DNA of 64,000 nucleotides from Eledone cirrhosa (GCA_964016885.1 OZ024741.1:185566001-185630000); one strand, 5' to 3'; shown: positions 44,826-62,045, counted from the first letter of the stretch. Made by a program: numbers and translations. Notes: generated by a model not told the origin, from the letters alone.

Positions 44826-45209
44826 ATACACATTTGTGTATGTGTATGTATATGCGCGGGGACATCGAAGTAATTGGGCTGGGCACCCGTTCGCGTGGTT
44901 AAACCACTGGGAGTGAAGGACACGTAGTCTTTATCAGGGCAATCTTCTAGGAGAAGGCAACTCTGGAAACTAGGATGAATACGACATAAAACCTGCGGCC
45001 CAGTAGCTACCTTTTCGAGTTATAGCCACTGCCGCTCAGAGAAGGGGATTGCCTCAGTGCAGTCTTTCCTCACTTTAAAAAAAATCTTCACCGCACAGGC
45101 ATTGCACGATAGCTTAATTGATAATTATTAATAATGTTATATCATATAATGTTAATGGTCATACTCAGAAACGAGGTGGCAGGCGACCATGTGTGCATGT
45201 ATGTATGTA

Positions 45210-45283
<74 letters not shown>

Positions 45284-45379
45284 ATGAAGAAAAAGGCTGT
45301 TCATTAGAATGTTACGGCATTTTATTAATTATGTCTTGGTTGTTAACAATTATGCATTAGATACGACATCATTATTTTT

Positions 45380-45750
45380 ACATGCTTTCCAGCATAGTGA
45401 CGTCCCTTTACGATCTGAGTTCAAATCCCGCCGAGGTTGACTTTGCCTTTCATCCTTACGGGGTCGATAAAATAAAGTACCAGTAATACACTGGGTAATT
45501 GCTGGCCTTGTGCCTAAAGTAGAAACAATTATTTTTAATGTTGTGAATTGAGGGCGGTGAATTGGCAGTATCGGTAGAGGGTCGAATGCCATGCTTTCCA
45601 GCATAGTTACGTCCCTTTACCGTCTGAGCTCAAATCCCATCGAGGTTAACTTTACCTTTTATCCTTACGGGGTCGATAAAGTAAAGTACCAGTAATGTAC
45701 TGGGTAATTGCTGGCCTTGTGCCAAAAAGTAGAAACAATTATTTTTAATG
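45380..45750 (+). mobile_element. Tandem pair of the same SINE
   Basis: Same B box, core and tail, occurring twice. Confidence 0.85.
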
Positions 45751-45887
45751 TTGTGGATCTTTTAGGCCAGGTCTAGGAAATTGTCATAAAATTCTGTATC
45801 TGGACAGTTGTAATCTCCCCTTGTCCGTGTTAATTAATACATATAACTGGAAAACCGATAACGGATTGACGAACAGAAACGAAAGAA

Positions 45888-45950
<63 letters not shown>

Positions 45951-47204
45951 AGATTGTAAACATCAACTCAACCTTAAATATTCAGTAACTGTGCTTAGTG
46001 TATCATTACTTTGGCGCTGAATTTGTACGTGGATTTGGGGTTTTATATTTTATTATCAATGATGTTTCAACTACTAATGCTTTAGTATTTATAACATAGT
46101 AGGGTACTTTTATCAACTAATGCTTTTTCTATACATGTTCAACCACCAAGTAATTGTGCTATTTAACTTTCAGATGTAAACCTCGTTTATATTACATTGA
46201 TTGACTTGAGTGCATTCCAGATTTATGGCCTCATGTTGATGAGAATGTTATGAATTCCGATATGTCTGTTTTTGGTATATTGTAATACGAGTATTATAAG
46301 TTCTTTTATGATGTATCCATCAGTTTTAAAAGCATGAATGTATTTCATTTATTGAGCAAGCTTAATGAATGGTTGTGGTATTTACTGGACTTTGAATTAG
46401 TTGTATATTTATATGTAAAGTTGTTTTTGTATTGTTCTACAGCTTTATCACCTAATATATTCGAGTATCTCAATATATGAAAGTGAATCTTTCTATGTAT
46501 CTATATATGCATGTGAGTATATATGTGTCTATCTGTGTATATATACATAGGTATGTGCTATGCATATATATATTTATATGCATTCATGCATATATATATG
46601 TATGTATATTATCTAGGTATATACTATGTTATAGGTCATTGTACTGAACACACATTGCTGGGATTTTCCATAGAGTAAGCAAACTCTTCCAAAAAATATA
46701 ATGGTATGATATTTTCTAATAAATTTTGTAAACTCAGGTAAGACCGGGTAGTACTGCTAGTATATACGTATGTTTGATTTCTAACAGATTTTATTTACTA
46801 TTTCTTTCATTTATATTTTCCTTCATACTTTCATTGCTTTTTTTTACTTTCCTTTCTTCCAATGTTGTCTCACAGGTTAACACGCTAAACCCTTTACGCA
46901 TCAATCACAATGGGCCAGCTATCATTGTTTTCATTTATGTTCCTAATTATCCAGGATTGATTCTATTAATACTCCGGTCATAACCATCCATGCACCAACA
47001 CTCACTCATCACACATCACACAGCCTCAAATCCTCTAAAGCACACCACTCACCCAAACTATATTTTAAACACTATTTCCGCAAACATTGACTACCAAAAC
47101 GAATCGTAAACAATTTAATCATTATTCCTTCCAATTCGTCTTCAACATAATCACATCACATTACAACAGATACATGTTCACAATAATTGACACACATACA
47201 CACT

Positions 47205-47277
<73 letters not shown>

Positions 47278-49275
47278 GCGCGCACCTCCACCCTCCACCC
47301 CCACCCCCACCCACCCCACACACACTGACACACACAATCGCATTCATTAACACCCTACACACAGGCACATATACACTGAGGCACGCACACATTGATAAGC
47401 ACATATGCTTAAACACACAAACACAAACACACACACTCACACTCAAACACATACACACATCTAAATAGATACATACATATTCGGACACATATACACACAC
47501 ATTTTTCTTCCGAGCACGTCCGTTAACATGAACCCTCCACTACCATTGATATCACCATACAGCCATGTCTACACGGCCATTACCAACAACGCCACACAAC
47601 CACCACCAGCAACACCATACAAGCCTATAGCAGTATTTTCTCGCATACTTTGCTTTTCCCTATCCCGCCCCCAATTTCCATAACCCCACGCACTGAACCT
47701 TACAATGAATAGCGGTCATTTTTCTAAGTTCATCAGCCAAGCAATATTATAAACGAATATTTGCTAGCGGCCGGCGGTCAGTCAGTCAGTCCCTTCACAC
47801 TGAGAATTATTATCTCCTCTACCCTGTTCTCCAGCCAATTCTATTGCTGCATCTTGCTGAAGTTATTTTAACATTAGTATGTATCGCCTGTGGATGACCA
47901 GAGATTTTTCCTGGTTGGGTCAGAGGTTAAAAGGAATTGGGTAATCTGACTAAGTATATCACTCATGTGTATTCCCTGCCTCTCCTTTTCTATTCCACAT
48001 AACACTGTTTCTTTCACCTTCATTCTTACACTCATTTGCCTTCTTGGGTTCTCTCTTACACACACAATCTCTCTCTCACTCTCTCTCTCTCTCTCTCATC
48101 CCCTGGATCTATACCTCTCTATTCTCTTCCATATCACATTGACACTTATTCTATTGTGTTCTTTTACTCACTCTCTCTCTCTCTCTCTCTTTCTCCCTAT
48201 CCCCTTCTCTCTGTTTATCTTTCAAACTCTCGCCTACCTTCCACGTGCCGATAATAGCATCTGTCAATACGACTATGGCGCCACCAGCAAGTGTTTCTAC
48301 ATCCGGTCGCTGTAATTACTTTGCTCAATGCGATAACAAAGCAGATGAAATTAGCAATGCATCAATTTTTTTCTGTCAACCGGATAACAAAATGACCCAT
48401 TGTGCCGATTGTAATATCATAAGAACCTACGGCATTCTTAATGATGCTAGAGAGGTAGCGCAGAAAATAGGCAGTGACGTTTCTTAAGTTTACACAGTCT
48501 CAGATGGAGGAAAAATACACTTTCACTTTCTTGAATATAGTCAGTAAAGAAAATATCCCTTCAAGATTTACTATTTAGAATTAAAAGTATTTTAGCACCC
48601 CCCTCCTTCTTGACGCTCGCGCAGATGATTCGAAATTAAAATTACTCTTAATTTTATTTTTATATATATGCCACTTATTGATGGAGTATTTCTAGTAAGC
48701 TTATGTCCACTTCAATTGTATTTATCACGAGTGATGTGAAAGTTTTCTTGGCTATGACAAATGATTACAACTGCTAGGTATGGTTCTTACATAACTGCTT
48801 CTCGTTTTATATATTAATCAGATGTGAGTTAACTATTCTCTGGGATACAACGAATATTCGTCCCTTATAACAATTCTTGAAGATCAATTATCGGATGCTT
48901 ACATCTAGTTAACGCACTCGGTGACATCCGGTAGATGCTAGGTTAGATTATGTTCATATTTTCCGTACTTCACAATTTTCTCAAAAATTATTCATAGTAA
49001 TATCATGAGGAACCAAATATTTGAAATTTCAATTTCCCTTTGATTAATTCAAGTGGTTTGTTTAAGCTTCTAGTTATCGACTTAAAATATTCTATAAAAT
49101 GGAATTTGGTTATCCGCTGTTCACTGTCGGAACACCTAACGAAAATGCTTTGCATCAGAGAGTTGAGGAGTTTTGTTCGTCTTCAGGTGTACTTTACAAT
49201 ATTTCCTCATCTAATATTTATTGTTATCGACAATCGATACCGATAATTTCATTGAGATGCACATATTCCAAACAG

Positions 49276-49482
<207 letters not shown>

Positions 49483-49559
49483 TATGTATATATATATATA
49501 TAAAAAATAAAATAAAATAAATAAATAAGTCAAATGTTTAAAATTTGGCTTCGTTTATT

Positions 49560-49614
49560 ACTGCTATATATATTTCGGTGACAGCCATCTTTGGTTGTGA
49601 CATCTTCAGGCAGT
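49560..49614 (-). ncRNA. Type I hammerhead, family of 22888
   Basis: Same architecture, with an intact CTGAAGA/GAAA core and actgc/gcagt stem I. Confidence 0.85.
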
Positions 49615-49745
49615 CCGAATTTGTGTGGTAGAGACGAGTACACATGTTGTTGGGGTGTTTAACTTTGTCAATACTCTGATATGCCCAGTTCCTGGTTGGG
49701 TTGTTGTTTCACTGAGGAACTGGAATCATTATATATATATACATG

Positions 49746-49884
<139 letters not shown>

Positions 49885-51165
49885 CGAAGCAAAAAGTTGC
49901 TTATTGTGATCCAGTTCTTGGTTAAGAAAGCCAGTTTCATGGATGGTTTCAACGTACGGTTAGGGGTAACTCCACAAGTTTGTAAGAATTCCGTTCAATC
50001 CTGGAGTATAAAGTATAAAAGAGAAAACACAGGTAAGCATTAAGAGAAGGATTTTATCCAGGTATTCACGACCGTTTCATTGGTAAGTGCAATCTTATAT
50101 TGCTATACTGAAAATAGCAGCCACTATTTTGAAAATTTGGACTGTGAACAACAATTATAATTGACTGGCTGCTATTTGCAGTATAGCAATATAAGGTTGC
50201 ACTTACCAATGAAACGGTCGTAAATACCTGAATAAAATCCTTCTCTTAATGCTTACCTGTGTTTTCTCTTTTATACTATATATATATATATATATATATA
50301 TTACGAAGGAAGTGTTGTAAGGAACCAGATAGACCATAACGCACCAGATTAATCAATACTTAGGTAGTAGAGTGGGTTATAGGAACATTTTTAACCGCGA
50401 AGGCAGAGCTCAAGCCCTATCGACAGCTATTTCTGGAAATAGCCGTCGAAACGACTTGGGCTCTGCAGTCGGGGTTAAATATTTTCCTATATATATATAT
50501 ATAGGAAAATATTTAACCCAGAAATAGGAAAATATTTCACACCGACGGCAGAGCCCAAGTCGTTTCGACGGCTATTTCCAGAAATAGCTGTCGATACGGC
50601 TTGAGCTCTGCCGTCGCAGTTAAACATTTTTGTCTTAATAGGCACCTGAACTGTTGACCTTTCAACATGACTGCAATTCACACACATCCCTACTGACCAT
50701 TATCACAACAATGAACCTCTTTACTACACACATACACACACACATTTGTCTTAAAATACTTATTTTTCAGTGACTTCTCAATCAGGCGGAAAAGGACACT
50801 CTTCGACAAACCTACATTTGGCTCAAAATCAATTTTTAACATTCACGTGACCTCTACCGACCAATCAAAATTGATTTGACCACAAGAATTTTTGCCACAC
50901 GAATTGGCGCGAAACTTATTTTAATACCTCTGGAGCCACTTTTTTCACATAAAACAGGTAGAATTTCCAAAACTAATCAGATTAGAGCAAACATCACGGG
51001 CGCTCTATCTCAAAATTAGTTTTGAATAGCATTAGAAATGCACAACCGTTAAAAGCTTATAACTAAAACTGAATACTAACCAATACTTATTACTAATTTT
51101 TACTTATTCCTAATTAAACTATTTTTCACTGGGAACAATTTGTCAGCATTTTCTTTTCCTTTTAT

Positions 51166-51891
<726 letters not shown>

Positions 51892-52441
51892 AGAAACATT
51901 TTAGATTATGGCTAGAAATTTAACTCCATAGGGAAAGAATTAGTAGAATATATTCAATACAAAATTTCAAATTACGCTATATCTTCAAATAAAACCCGTC
52001 ACTATTGCTATGGCTGGAAAATATTTTGATCACAAATCTCTTGGAGGCTGCACATAAATATCAACGAAATAAACTAGTGTTATTCTGTCAGGTATTTCTA
52101 ATTAAAATAAACAGAGCAAAACTTTAACATAGAAATCAAAAGCAGCAATCAAAGAAAATCACTAACACAAGCACTCCACCCCAACGCCACCAAAACCAAT
52201 ACAGGGAAAAGAGGATTGATTAGAAGTTTGGGAAATATATTAAACATTTTTGTTTCTGTGTATAATTATTTGTCAAGAGATTAGAATATATGAATTAAAT
52301 ATTAGTGGAATATATTGTGATTTGTTTATGTGTTGAACATTTTCATAGATATTTTTTTTGTTAATTCTCCATGCAACCGTTCTAATTTAAATATGAATAA
52401 AACACATGAATTGAATATATAGTATAATATACACAGATATA

Positions 52442-52559
<118 letters not shown>

Positions 52560-52689
52560 GGTACAGACTTCGTCATACACAAACACACACACATATATAC
52601 GTATATATATATATATATCACGATAAATAAACGGAGCCATATATATTTATATATATATATACACATATATATATGTATATATATGTATA

Positions 52690-52795
<106 letters not shown>

Positions 52796-52845
52796 TATAT
52801 GTACATATATATATATATACATATGTGTACATATATATATATATA

Positions 52846-52887
<42 letters not shown>

Positions 52888-52936
52888 TATATATGTATGT
52901 ATATATATATGTACATATATATATATATATATATGT

Positions 52937-52987
<51 letters not shown>

Positions 52988-53070
52988 TATATATATATGT
53001 ATATATATATATGTATATAAATTAAAATAAAATAAATAAGTCAAATGTTTAAAATTTGGCTTCGTTTATT

Positions 53071-53125
53071 ACTGCTATATATATTTCGGTGACAGCCATC
53101 TTTGGCTGTGACCTCTTCAGGTAGT
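53071..53125 (-). ncRNA. Type I hammerhead, family of 22888
   Basis: Same architecture, intact core. Confidence 0.85.
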
Positions 53126-53558
53126 CCGAATTAGTGTGGTAGAGACGAGTATACCTGTTGTTGAGATGTTTAACTTTGACAATACCCTGATATACCAGTT
53201 CCTGGTTGGGTTGTTGTTTCACTGAGGAACTGGAATCATTACGAAGCCAAATTTTAAAATTTGACTTATTTATTTATTTTATTTTATTTTATTTTACATT
53301 ACTCCGGAGTAACCAAACTAACCTGCGCACTTCGTCGAGTGCTCCAATCTGCATACTGAGGTGTCGGTATACAACCAACATATACTCGTAATTCATATAT
53401 ATATGTATATATATATATGTATATATATATATATACATCTATATATATATGTATATATATATATATTATATGTATATGTATATATATGTATATATATATG
53501 TACATATATATATATGTATATATATGTATATATATGTATATATATGTATATATATATG

Positions 53559-53644
<86 letters not shown>

Positions 53645-53779
53645 ATTGTTCGGCGTTAACAATGACACAAACCGACGCTACTTTTTATGTCGTCACGAGA
53701 ATATCATCAGTCGACATCATTTCTTGGTTAGAAACTTCTGTATAGAAATGGAGTGATTCATCTGCCGTTAATGAATAAC

Positions 53780-53897
<118 letters not shown>

Positions 53898-54234
53898 ACA
53901 CACAGACAGTCAAACAAAAATACATACATAAAGACAAAAATGTATGCAGACATACAGACATACAAACGAACATACATATATATGTCTATTGATGTTTCCA
54001 AACAAAATATGTAATATTGTCCACGGAAGGATATAGAGAATATGCTCATTTATTTTAATGTTTGAATTAACGAGTGTCATTCAGCCATATTTATACATCT
54101 GTATGTTGTATTGTTAATCTGTAACTTTTTATATAAATATACTAAATACACATTTATATACCTACATATTACACATAACGACACACACACATATATACAG
54201 AGAAACACACACACACACACGTACTTACACATAC

Positions 54235-54304
<70 letters not shown>

Positions 54305-54418
54305 GGTAATTGCGAAGTAAAAGCAAAGGAAAAAAGAGTGATCTATGTATAGAACAGAGCAATTTAATTAGAAAATGAACAACACAATATATCAATATAT
54401 ATTGTGTAGTTCACTTTC

Positions 54419-54478
<60 letters not shown>

Positions 54479-54708
54479 AAGTAAGAATATTTTCGAAACA
54501 CCGAGCGAGTTTGAAATTATAAATATAAACTATCGCCATATTTTGACTAAAGGAATTAAAGAAATTATTTACCCTAATACTGTTACTGTAGTTAAGAACC
54601 CTCGGATATAGATAGATATATATTAATAATAATAATAATTGTTTCTACTTTAGGCACAAGGCCAGCAATTATCCCAGTGCATTACTGGTACTTTATTTTA
54701 TCGACCCC

Positions 54709-54747
<39 letters not shown>

Positions 54748-54812
54748 GTAAATTAGAACCCGTTAAGTGTGAAAGCAGCGATTCTTTGCTTAAACTTTAA
54801 TCTGTTATTTTA

Positions 54813-54843
<31 letters not shown>

Positions 54844-55227
54844 CCAATGAATATATGAGAAGGATGAACGCTGATACAAGTATACATGTGTTCGCATTGC
54901 AAATGACCAAGTTAGCTAAGTTAGCACAGGAATAATAACTTTCACTTGATTGTTGCGAAACAAATTTAAAATTTGTCCGTGTATCACGGCCATTGCCAAT
55001 ATAGGTTTGTTATTTTTATTGATATATTATTTTGAATCGAGACAGGTAAACCTTATTATTTAAATTAGTATTTTTCAACCTAGCTAACTTGGTCATTTGC
55101 AATTCGAACACATATATACTTGTATCAGTGTTCATCCCTCTCATGTATTCATTTGTATTACACGGCTCGGAAATATTCCCTTCTTTGAGCTATTTAATTG
55201 TAAAAGACTATTTTGAGTTTATAACTC

Positions 55228-55264
<37 letters not shown>

Positions 55265-55268
<4 letters not shown>

Positions 55269-55670
55269 TATGTATACGTACATACATATATGTATACAGA
55301 CGTACAGTAGTATGTATATATACATACATGCACACACACATATATATATGTACGTATGGATTCACCGAACATTTATTATAATGCTCGGTGTGTTTGTAAA
55401 CAAATATCCCGAATTAAGCCGTACAGTGTCTAGCAACCATCGTTGCTCACTTATTCAACACTGACACAGGAACGATGTACCAGTTTCAAGCTTATTAGCT
55501 ATCGTCAGCAACGTATACCTTCCTGCCAGAGGATTGAACGTCTGAAAGTATATACTTTCCTTATGCATATTAACGGCTGAGCAGCCTAATTTGCATATCG
55601 AGTGAGTTAATCGGCCGGGCGCGCCGAAAACGATAAACGGAAAAAATGAAACGAAATTTCATTTCTCACT
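55265..55670 (-). mobile_element. Single permuted monomer of the same retrozyme-like family
   Basis: Reverse complement of about 6605-7030. HHR at 55472-55514. Confidence 0.85.
55472..55514 (-). ncRNA. Type I hammerhead ribozyme
   Basis: Reverse complement: acgttg-CTGACGA-t-AGCT aata AGCT-t-GAAA-CTGG-TA-catcgt. Confidence 0.8.
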
Positions 55671-56325
55671 CAACAGCAAAATCTCAATCCGCCGGCTGAG
55701 ACTTTGTTTTTGAAACGGCAAAAGCTCAGCCATTGGCTCCGACTCTTTGTAATATATATATATATATATATATAAGGTAGTAACATGTGCGTACGCTGTA
55801 TATGACTAATTAAAATTAGTCTGTTAGTCGGGAATTTTAATAAACCCTGTAAATTAAAAAAAGGACGAGTATTGACGTACATGGGACACGAACCCGCATT
55901 TTTGGTTTGAGGGGACCAACACGACAACTTGAAGCTATACAATCATAGCAGGTATATATATATATATGTGTGTGTGTATAAATAGGGAGAAACAGGCTTT
56001 GTTTAGAAACAGCTAACGAATTTGAAAATTAGCTAGCAACATGTGTTTACGCTGTATTTGACTAAATAAAATTAGTCTCGAAGTTGGGATTTAAAAAAAA
56101 AAACCTGGATGGAAAAAAGAATGGGTTCGTGACCCATATACCTCAAGACTCATCCTTTTTTCCTCTCAGAGGTTTTTTTTTTTACAAATCCCAACTAACA
56201 GACTGATTTTATTTAGTCAAATACGACGTAAGCACATGTTACTACCCAATTTTCAAATTCGCTAGCTGTTTCTAAACAAAGCCTGCTTTGTGCCTCCCTA
56301 TTTATACACATATATATATACACAC

Positions 56326-56359
<34 letters not shown>

Positions 56360-56374
56360 GTATATATATAAATA

Positions 56375-56418
<44 letters not shown>

Positions 56419-56572
56419 AAAAGTGGTAGGACCCCCGATGGCTGAGCTCCGCCCGTTTCGACAGCTAGATCCGAACTGCCAGCAGTCCCATTATCCATTC
56501 TACTACCCTAAATATCGAGTACTCCGGCGCATTATGGTCCACCTGGTATCTTACCACACCTTCTTTATTACA

Positions 56573-56658
<86 letters not shown>

Positions 56659-57639
56659 GACCAATGGCTTACATGTCTTGTTTCAATTATTGAATAGTGT
56701 ATTGTCTATGACTTCTTATGTTCACATGTTCCCTTCATTTTACATTCGCTTCCCTTATATTACTAACCTATATATATATTATTTTCTAAGATTCACAGTA
56801 CGCATTAAATGGTAATTTACTCTATGATTGATGTAAAGATAGACGAACTAATTCACTAAAACATGGTTGTCATCTTGCACCCTTTCTGAACAACAGATTT
56901 CAATCTATGTTTGTGACAGTGATTTATTGCAAGCTGTTGGTTTATACGATAATATAATTACACCTTGTTTTTCGAACGTCGAACATCAATGCAGAGATAG
57001 TAACAGAGCTAATGAAAAGACAGGCAGCTCTTTGAGATTTTCGATTGCCTCCAGTAACCATATTGTAATTACTTCGCTTATAATATTGCTTCAGAGACGC
57101 ATGAAAGCCAAAAACGTGCATTTTTGATCAGCCCTTGAAGTCAATTAGACTTTTCGGGAAATTGCCAAACGTTTGAGTCTCTCTAGTACGTAGGATATAC
57201 GCTATTGCATTTTCCTTTCCCAATTCCGTAGATTGCAACAGTGATAGAATGGCAGACAATGTAAAGCCTGACGAAGTAAAATACTTTCCCTTATTTAGTT
57301 ACACTGACACCTACGGTTTGAGTTCAAATCTCACATTGGCTCTTTTTTAATATCTAGAACCACACTGTAAGTGCTGCATTACGGAATGATTGAGAGTTTT
57401 GCATCGCAATGATAAGGTCACAGGTTAGGTTGCACAGTCTATAAGCAAATACCGTTGACGAAAACTGCGCGGTAGCCCGTTAGAACGATTGCATCTGTAA
57501 TTCAAATGTTCAGGCCGTACTAATGTTTCTGGCTGACCATCTGTGGCGATTAACTTATGAGTAAACGTATGACACATAAATGAGAAGAAGCTCTGTATAT
57601 ATAGGATAACTAAATACTCAAAACCGCGAATATCTTTAT

Positions 57640-58090
57640 AATAATTGTTTCTATTTTAGGCACAAGGCCAGGAATTTGAAGGGGAGAGGAAAGTCTATTA
57701 AATCAAACCCAAAGCTTATTGGTGTTTTATTTTATCGACCTCGTTAAGATGAAAGGCAAAACTGACCTCGATAGCATTTGAACTCAGAATATAAAGGGCC
57801 GTAACTCTATGTCACTAAGCATGTTGTCCGACACTCTACCGATAGTGCCAATCCTTATGATAAATATTTCTACTCTGGGCACAAGAGACAGCAATTATAC
57901 CAGTGCATTACTGGTGCTTTATTTTATCGACCCCTTAAGGATGAAAGGCAAAACTGACCTGTACGCACTCGTTGTAATATGTAATGTAATATACTATAAT
58001 TGTTTCTACTTTTGGCACAAGGCCAGCAATTATCCCAGTGCATTACTGGTACATTATTTTATCGACCCTGTAATGATGAAAGGCAAATTT
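57640..58090 (-). mobile_element. Cluster of three SINE copies or fragments
   Basis: ttttatcgacc..gatgaaaggcaaa occurs three times. Confidence 0.8.
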
Positions 58091-58262
58091 AACCAAACCA
58101 CTGAAAGCAGCGTCTAACATTCGCTACACTTTTGCGTGTATAGTGAATTGGCTATACATATTGACTGTTATAATTATGTGAGTGTGGGTGAGTGTATATG
58201 AGTTTGTGTGCGTTTAGTTAGAAATAAACACAGACAATAGAATTATAAACACACATGCATCT

Positions 58263-58320
<58 letters not shown>

Positions 58321-58841
58321 AGACACTCTTAGAAAAAATAATCATTACATACACACACATGTATGTGATCACTGAGGAAGGAGGGGGTGAGAAACTATAG
58401 TGGTCCAACGTTCTACGATTCGACACACTTGTGTGTGTATATGTGTAGCGAATTGGCTACACACGTTGGCTGTGTATTTATGTATTTGTATCACTTGTGT
58501 GAGTGAGCACGAAGGAATCAACCAGCCAACCAACCAACAAACAAACATCTTTTTTATATTAAGTATAGATATTACAATTAGCCGTCATTTTTGACGGCAC
58601 AGAGCCAGCTAGTATATTAACTAGAAACTCGATATAGTATTATTTTTCATATAGACTTTGATGTTTTCACAGATAGAAGTCTATGACGAAATCGCTTTGT
58701 CCAGTACAGAGTGCACACCTCTTACGTTGCAGAATTCTTCTTATTAAAAATCAGAAGCCGATGACGAAGATTGTGTTAATGATGATTATAATGATGATAT
58801 GCTCTGCTTCAAACCAACATATTATACATTTATAATTTTGT

Positions 58842-59211
58842 CACTCCTCCAAAATATGCTGCCCTTGTACCTAAATTAGAAATCAATATATTGGAAGATA
58901 AATTATTTAATTTCTCTTCAGATTGAACTCCATAATCCCCATCCGATTTTTTCCGGTAACTCATCTGAAATATCTCGAAGAGTCTGTGAAACTTTGGTTT
59001 CATAAATAAAGTAATAGCGAAGTACTGGGGTTGATTTAATTAATTTTGCCACTCCTCCAAAATATGCTGCCCTTATACCTAAATTAGAAATCAATATATT
59101 GGAAGATAAATTATTTAATTTCTCTTCAGATTTAACTGCATAATCCCCATGCAATCTATTCCGGTAACTCATCTGAAATAGCTCGAAGAGTCTGTGAAAC
59201 TTTGGTTTCAT
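58842..59211. repeat. Tandem duplication with period about 208 bp
   Basis: cactcctccaaaatatgctgccctt occurs at 58842 and 59050. Confidence 0.9.
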
Positions 59212-60014
59212 TTATCGTGTAAGATTGAGTTCTTCTAATTATCATATATGGTTGTAAAGGCCAGACAACTTTAATAATTATATTTAGTCGTCGACGAGAA
59301 TAAACTTAGTTATTGTAGTATAACTCGATTTCAGCTCTTGTGACTACGTTTCAATTTATATTTGTGATATATAACCCGTGGTGTGTTTCTTTTCTTCTTT
59401 GGTATATCTAGGACTATATCACTCAATATTAAAGGGCAAAATGTGATTTATTGAAATTCGAAGTTATTTCTTGCAGGTCTATTAACTACATGGATGCTCA
59501 TTACATGACTAATCTCTGTTATGATAGAATAATATATTGTTTAAGGTTCTGTCGTCCTGGGCCAACGCGTGGGCCCCCATTTGCTCACAATAGTGAGACA
59601 TGGAGAGAGCGGGAAAGACGGAGTCGGTGAGAGTGGCTGTGCGGCTTTTTGTGTTCGGATCTGGTATATATATATGTGTGTATATAACAGAGAATATCCC
59701 ATGCATTCAATATATTGATATAAACAATATTTAAAAGTACATATAGTTATTGTGTAAGATGTGTTCCGAAAATACTTCCTTGGTAACCAATGAATGTTTT
59801 CTGGTTAGTTCTTCCGATGCAATTGCTACTCGATACATAGGTACTGCTTCCAAATAAGAAGATAACCTGTATATAGTCGTTCGATCAGCTGAGAATAGCA
59901 GCTAATTTCCATATTTCTATAACAAACTGTATTAAAAATGCAATAGTTACTGTATAGAAGTACGTTATACTCATTCAATTATATTTTCACTTCAGTCAAA
60001 GAGTTAGGAACTAA

Positions 60015-60256
<242 letters not shown>

Positions 60257-60569
60257 CAGAACATCAGTATATTTGTACAGATTTGCCATTAATTAGACAG
60301 GAAGTTAAATTGATGCTGTTTGGGTATATTGTTCACGTTGTTGATGGTCATTTTGGTAATATGGCGACATATCGTTAGATGTATTACCGTTCATATTCCA
60401 TTTACAAATAAAAGTCAGAGTACTTTAAATATAACATCCGGACACGTATATGTTCAAATAAACTAAAACGTCAGTGAGAGATAATACATACAGACACACA
60501 CGGGCATACATACTTGCATGCATACATATATGTAATGCACACATTAATTCATGCATACATAATTACATA

Positions 60570-62045
60570 CGTAATTGGATCAAAGGAAGCCAGAAGCACA
60601 AGCCTAACACGTAGCCCCTTTATGGATGACCTGAAATTGTATGTCAAGAATATAAATAGTGTGAAAAGAAACCTTGACATATTCCTCGTAAAATATAGCA
60701 ATGGAGTTTAGCCAGGATAAATATTTCTATATGATTTTGTAAAGCGAGGAAAACTACAGGCCAATCCAGCAAATTGTCTTTCAATGGCCTGACTGTTTCA
60801 CCGGTATCAGTCAAATACATTTGGATACTAAGGGAGATATGTAAACATATCCTCCGATAGATGGAATTTGTAATTAAAAAAAGGGTGACTAAGGAATATA
60901 AAAACCGAATAAAACAAATACGGGCTTCGGAACTCTCTTGACTGGATGCTACATAAAATCAAAAATGGAAAAGACCACCTCTACCTGAGGCGTAAACAGG
61001 GAGGCAGGGGCATAACATCAATCGAAACTACATTTGAGTATCGCATCATATCCCCCCAACAAACTCCACGAACCAGCAAACATAAATAACATGAATAAAA
61101 CAAGTCTATGATGTAAATAACATCATGCGAGTTGTGAAGGAGCTCCTTGAGAAATACACCCTGCTTGATAACGAAATCTTCACACCCAGGAAAGCTGCAT
61201 AGCAATACAGCAATGATTCTATTGATGAAAATCTGCATGCTTTTCAACAAAATCGTCATATATACATATGTTGCCAGAAATCTTCAAAGTGAGAGTAATA
61301 TAGTATTTCATTGACCAACACCCTCTCACTTTGAAAGATATGCTTTTGCAATCCAGGATCAAAAATTAACAACAAACTACCTGATGTACAAAATAGATAG
61401 GGATGCAGGCAAATCACGTAGATGTGACAACTGATGCAGACTCTGCGGAATAAACATCAAGGCTATCACCCACATCCTAAGCAGATGTCCAAAAACGTCA
61501 TCATGATGCTATCTAACTATGAGGCACGTTGTTGCGGCGAGAACACTATGCAAAGCAATCCGTAGAAGGGATAGTCCTCAGAATAAACATACATGTTACA
61601 GCAATGTGAAGGGTTTATGCATACATGGTATGAAAGAAATCTGATGAAATGTTCAAGTCACCCACCCCCTCCCAAAAAGAAAAAAATATTAATAAATAAA
61701 TAAATAAATAAATAAATACAAACATGACGGACCAGACATACTGGTATGGTAGAGAAAAAAGAAGGCATGCACAATAGTGGAAATCAGCTGCCCAGCAGAT
61801 ATTAGTATAATGTTAAAGATTAATGATATTTATGATAAAATATGAGGAACCTGAATATGCTTTACCCTGGATATAGGTTTAATTTGTACCTGTGATTACA
61901 GGGGCGCTAGGATATGTACAAAAGTTAAGAAGCTGGGTTTCACAACACCAGAAAGAGGACGGCTAGTTGATAATTTGTGTGTAGAGTCAATTAATGAAAC
62001 TGTGAACATATGCAAAACATTTCAGAAATTCAGCAGGTATAAACT
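60570..62045 (+). mobile_element. Degenerate R4/Dong-like non-LTR retrotransposon (RT C-terminus, CCHC, restriction-like endonuclease)
   Basis: FMDDLKLY, LYLRRKQGGRG, FAIQDQ, CRLC..ITHILSRCP, MRH, PDILVW, IVEISCP, VITGALG, spread across broken frames. Confidence 0.85.

Noticed and set aside
50205-50225. GAAACGGTC as a hammerhead; similar halves at 13965-13982 (-) and 54957-54978
   Set aside because: Only the 3' half is visible, with no convincing CUGANGA box, so these were not counted.
50780-50915. E2F-like TTGGCGCGAAA, CACGTG and CCAAT cluster as a host promoter
   Set aside because: The motifs are short, lie inside a TA-flanked block joined to a family A copy, and have no downstream gene.
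55870-55935. tRNA-like sequence on the minus strand
   Set aside because: Only a B-box-like GGTTCG and no full cloverleaf. More likely a SINE head within a repeat.
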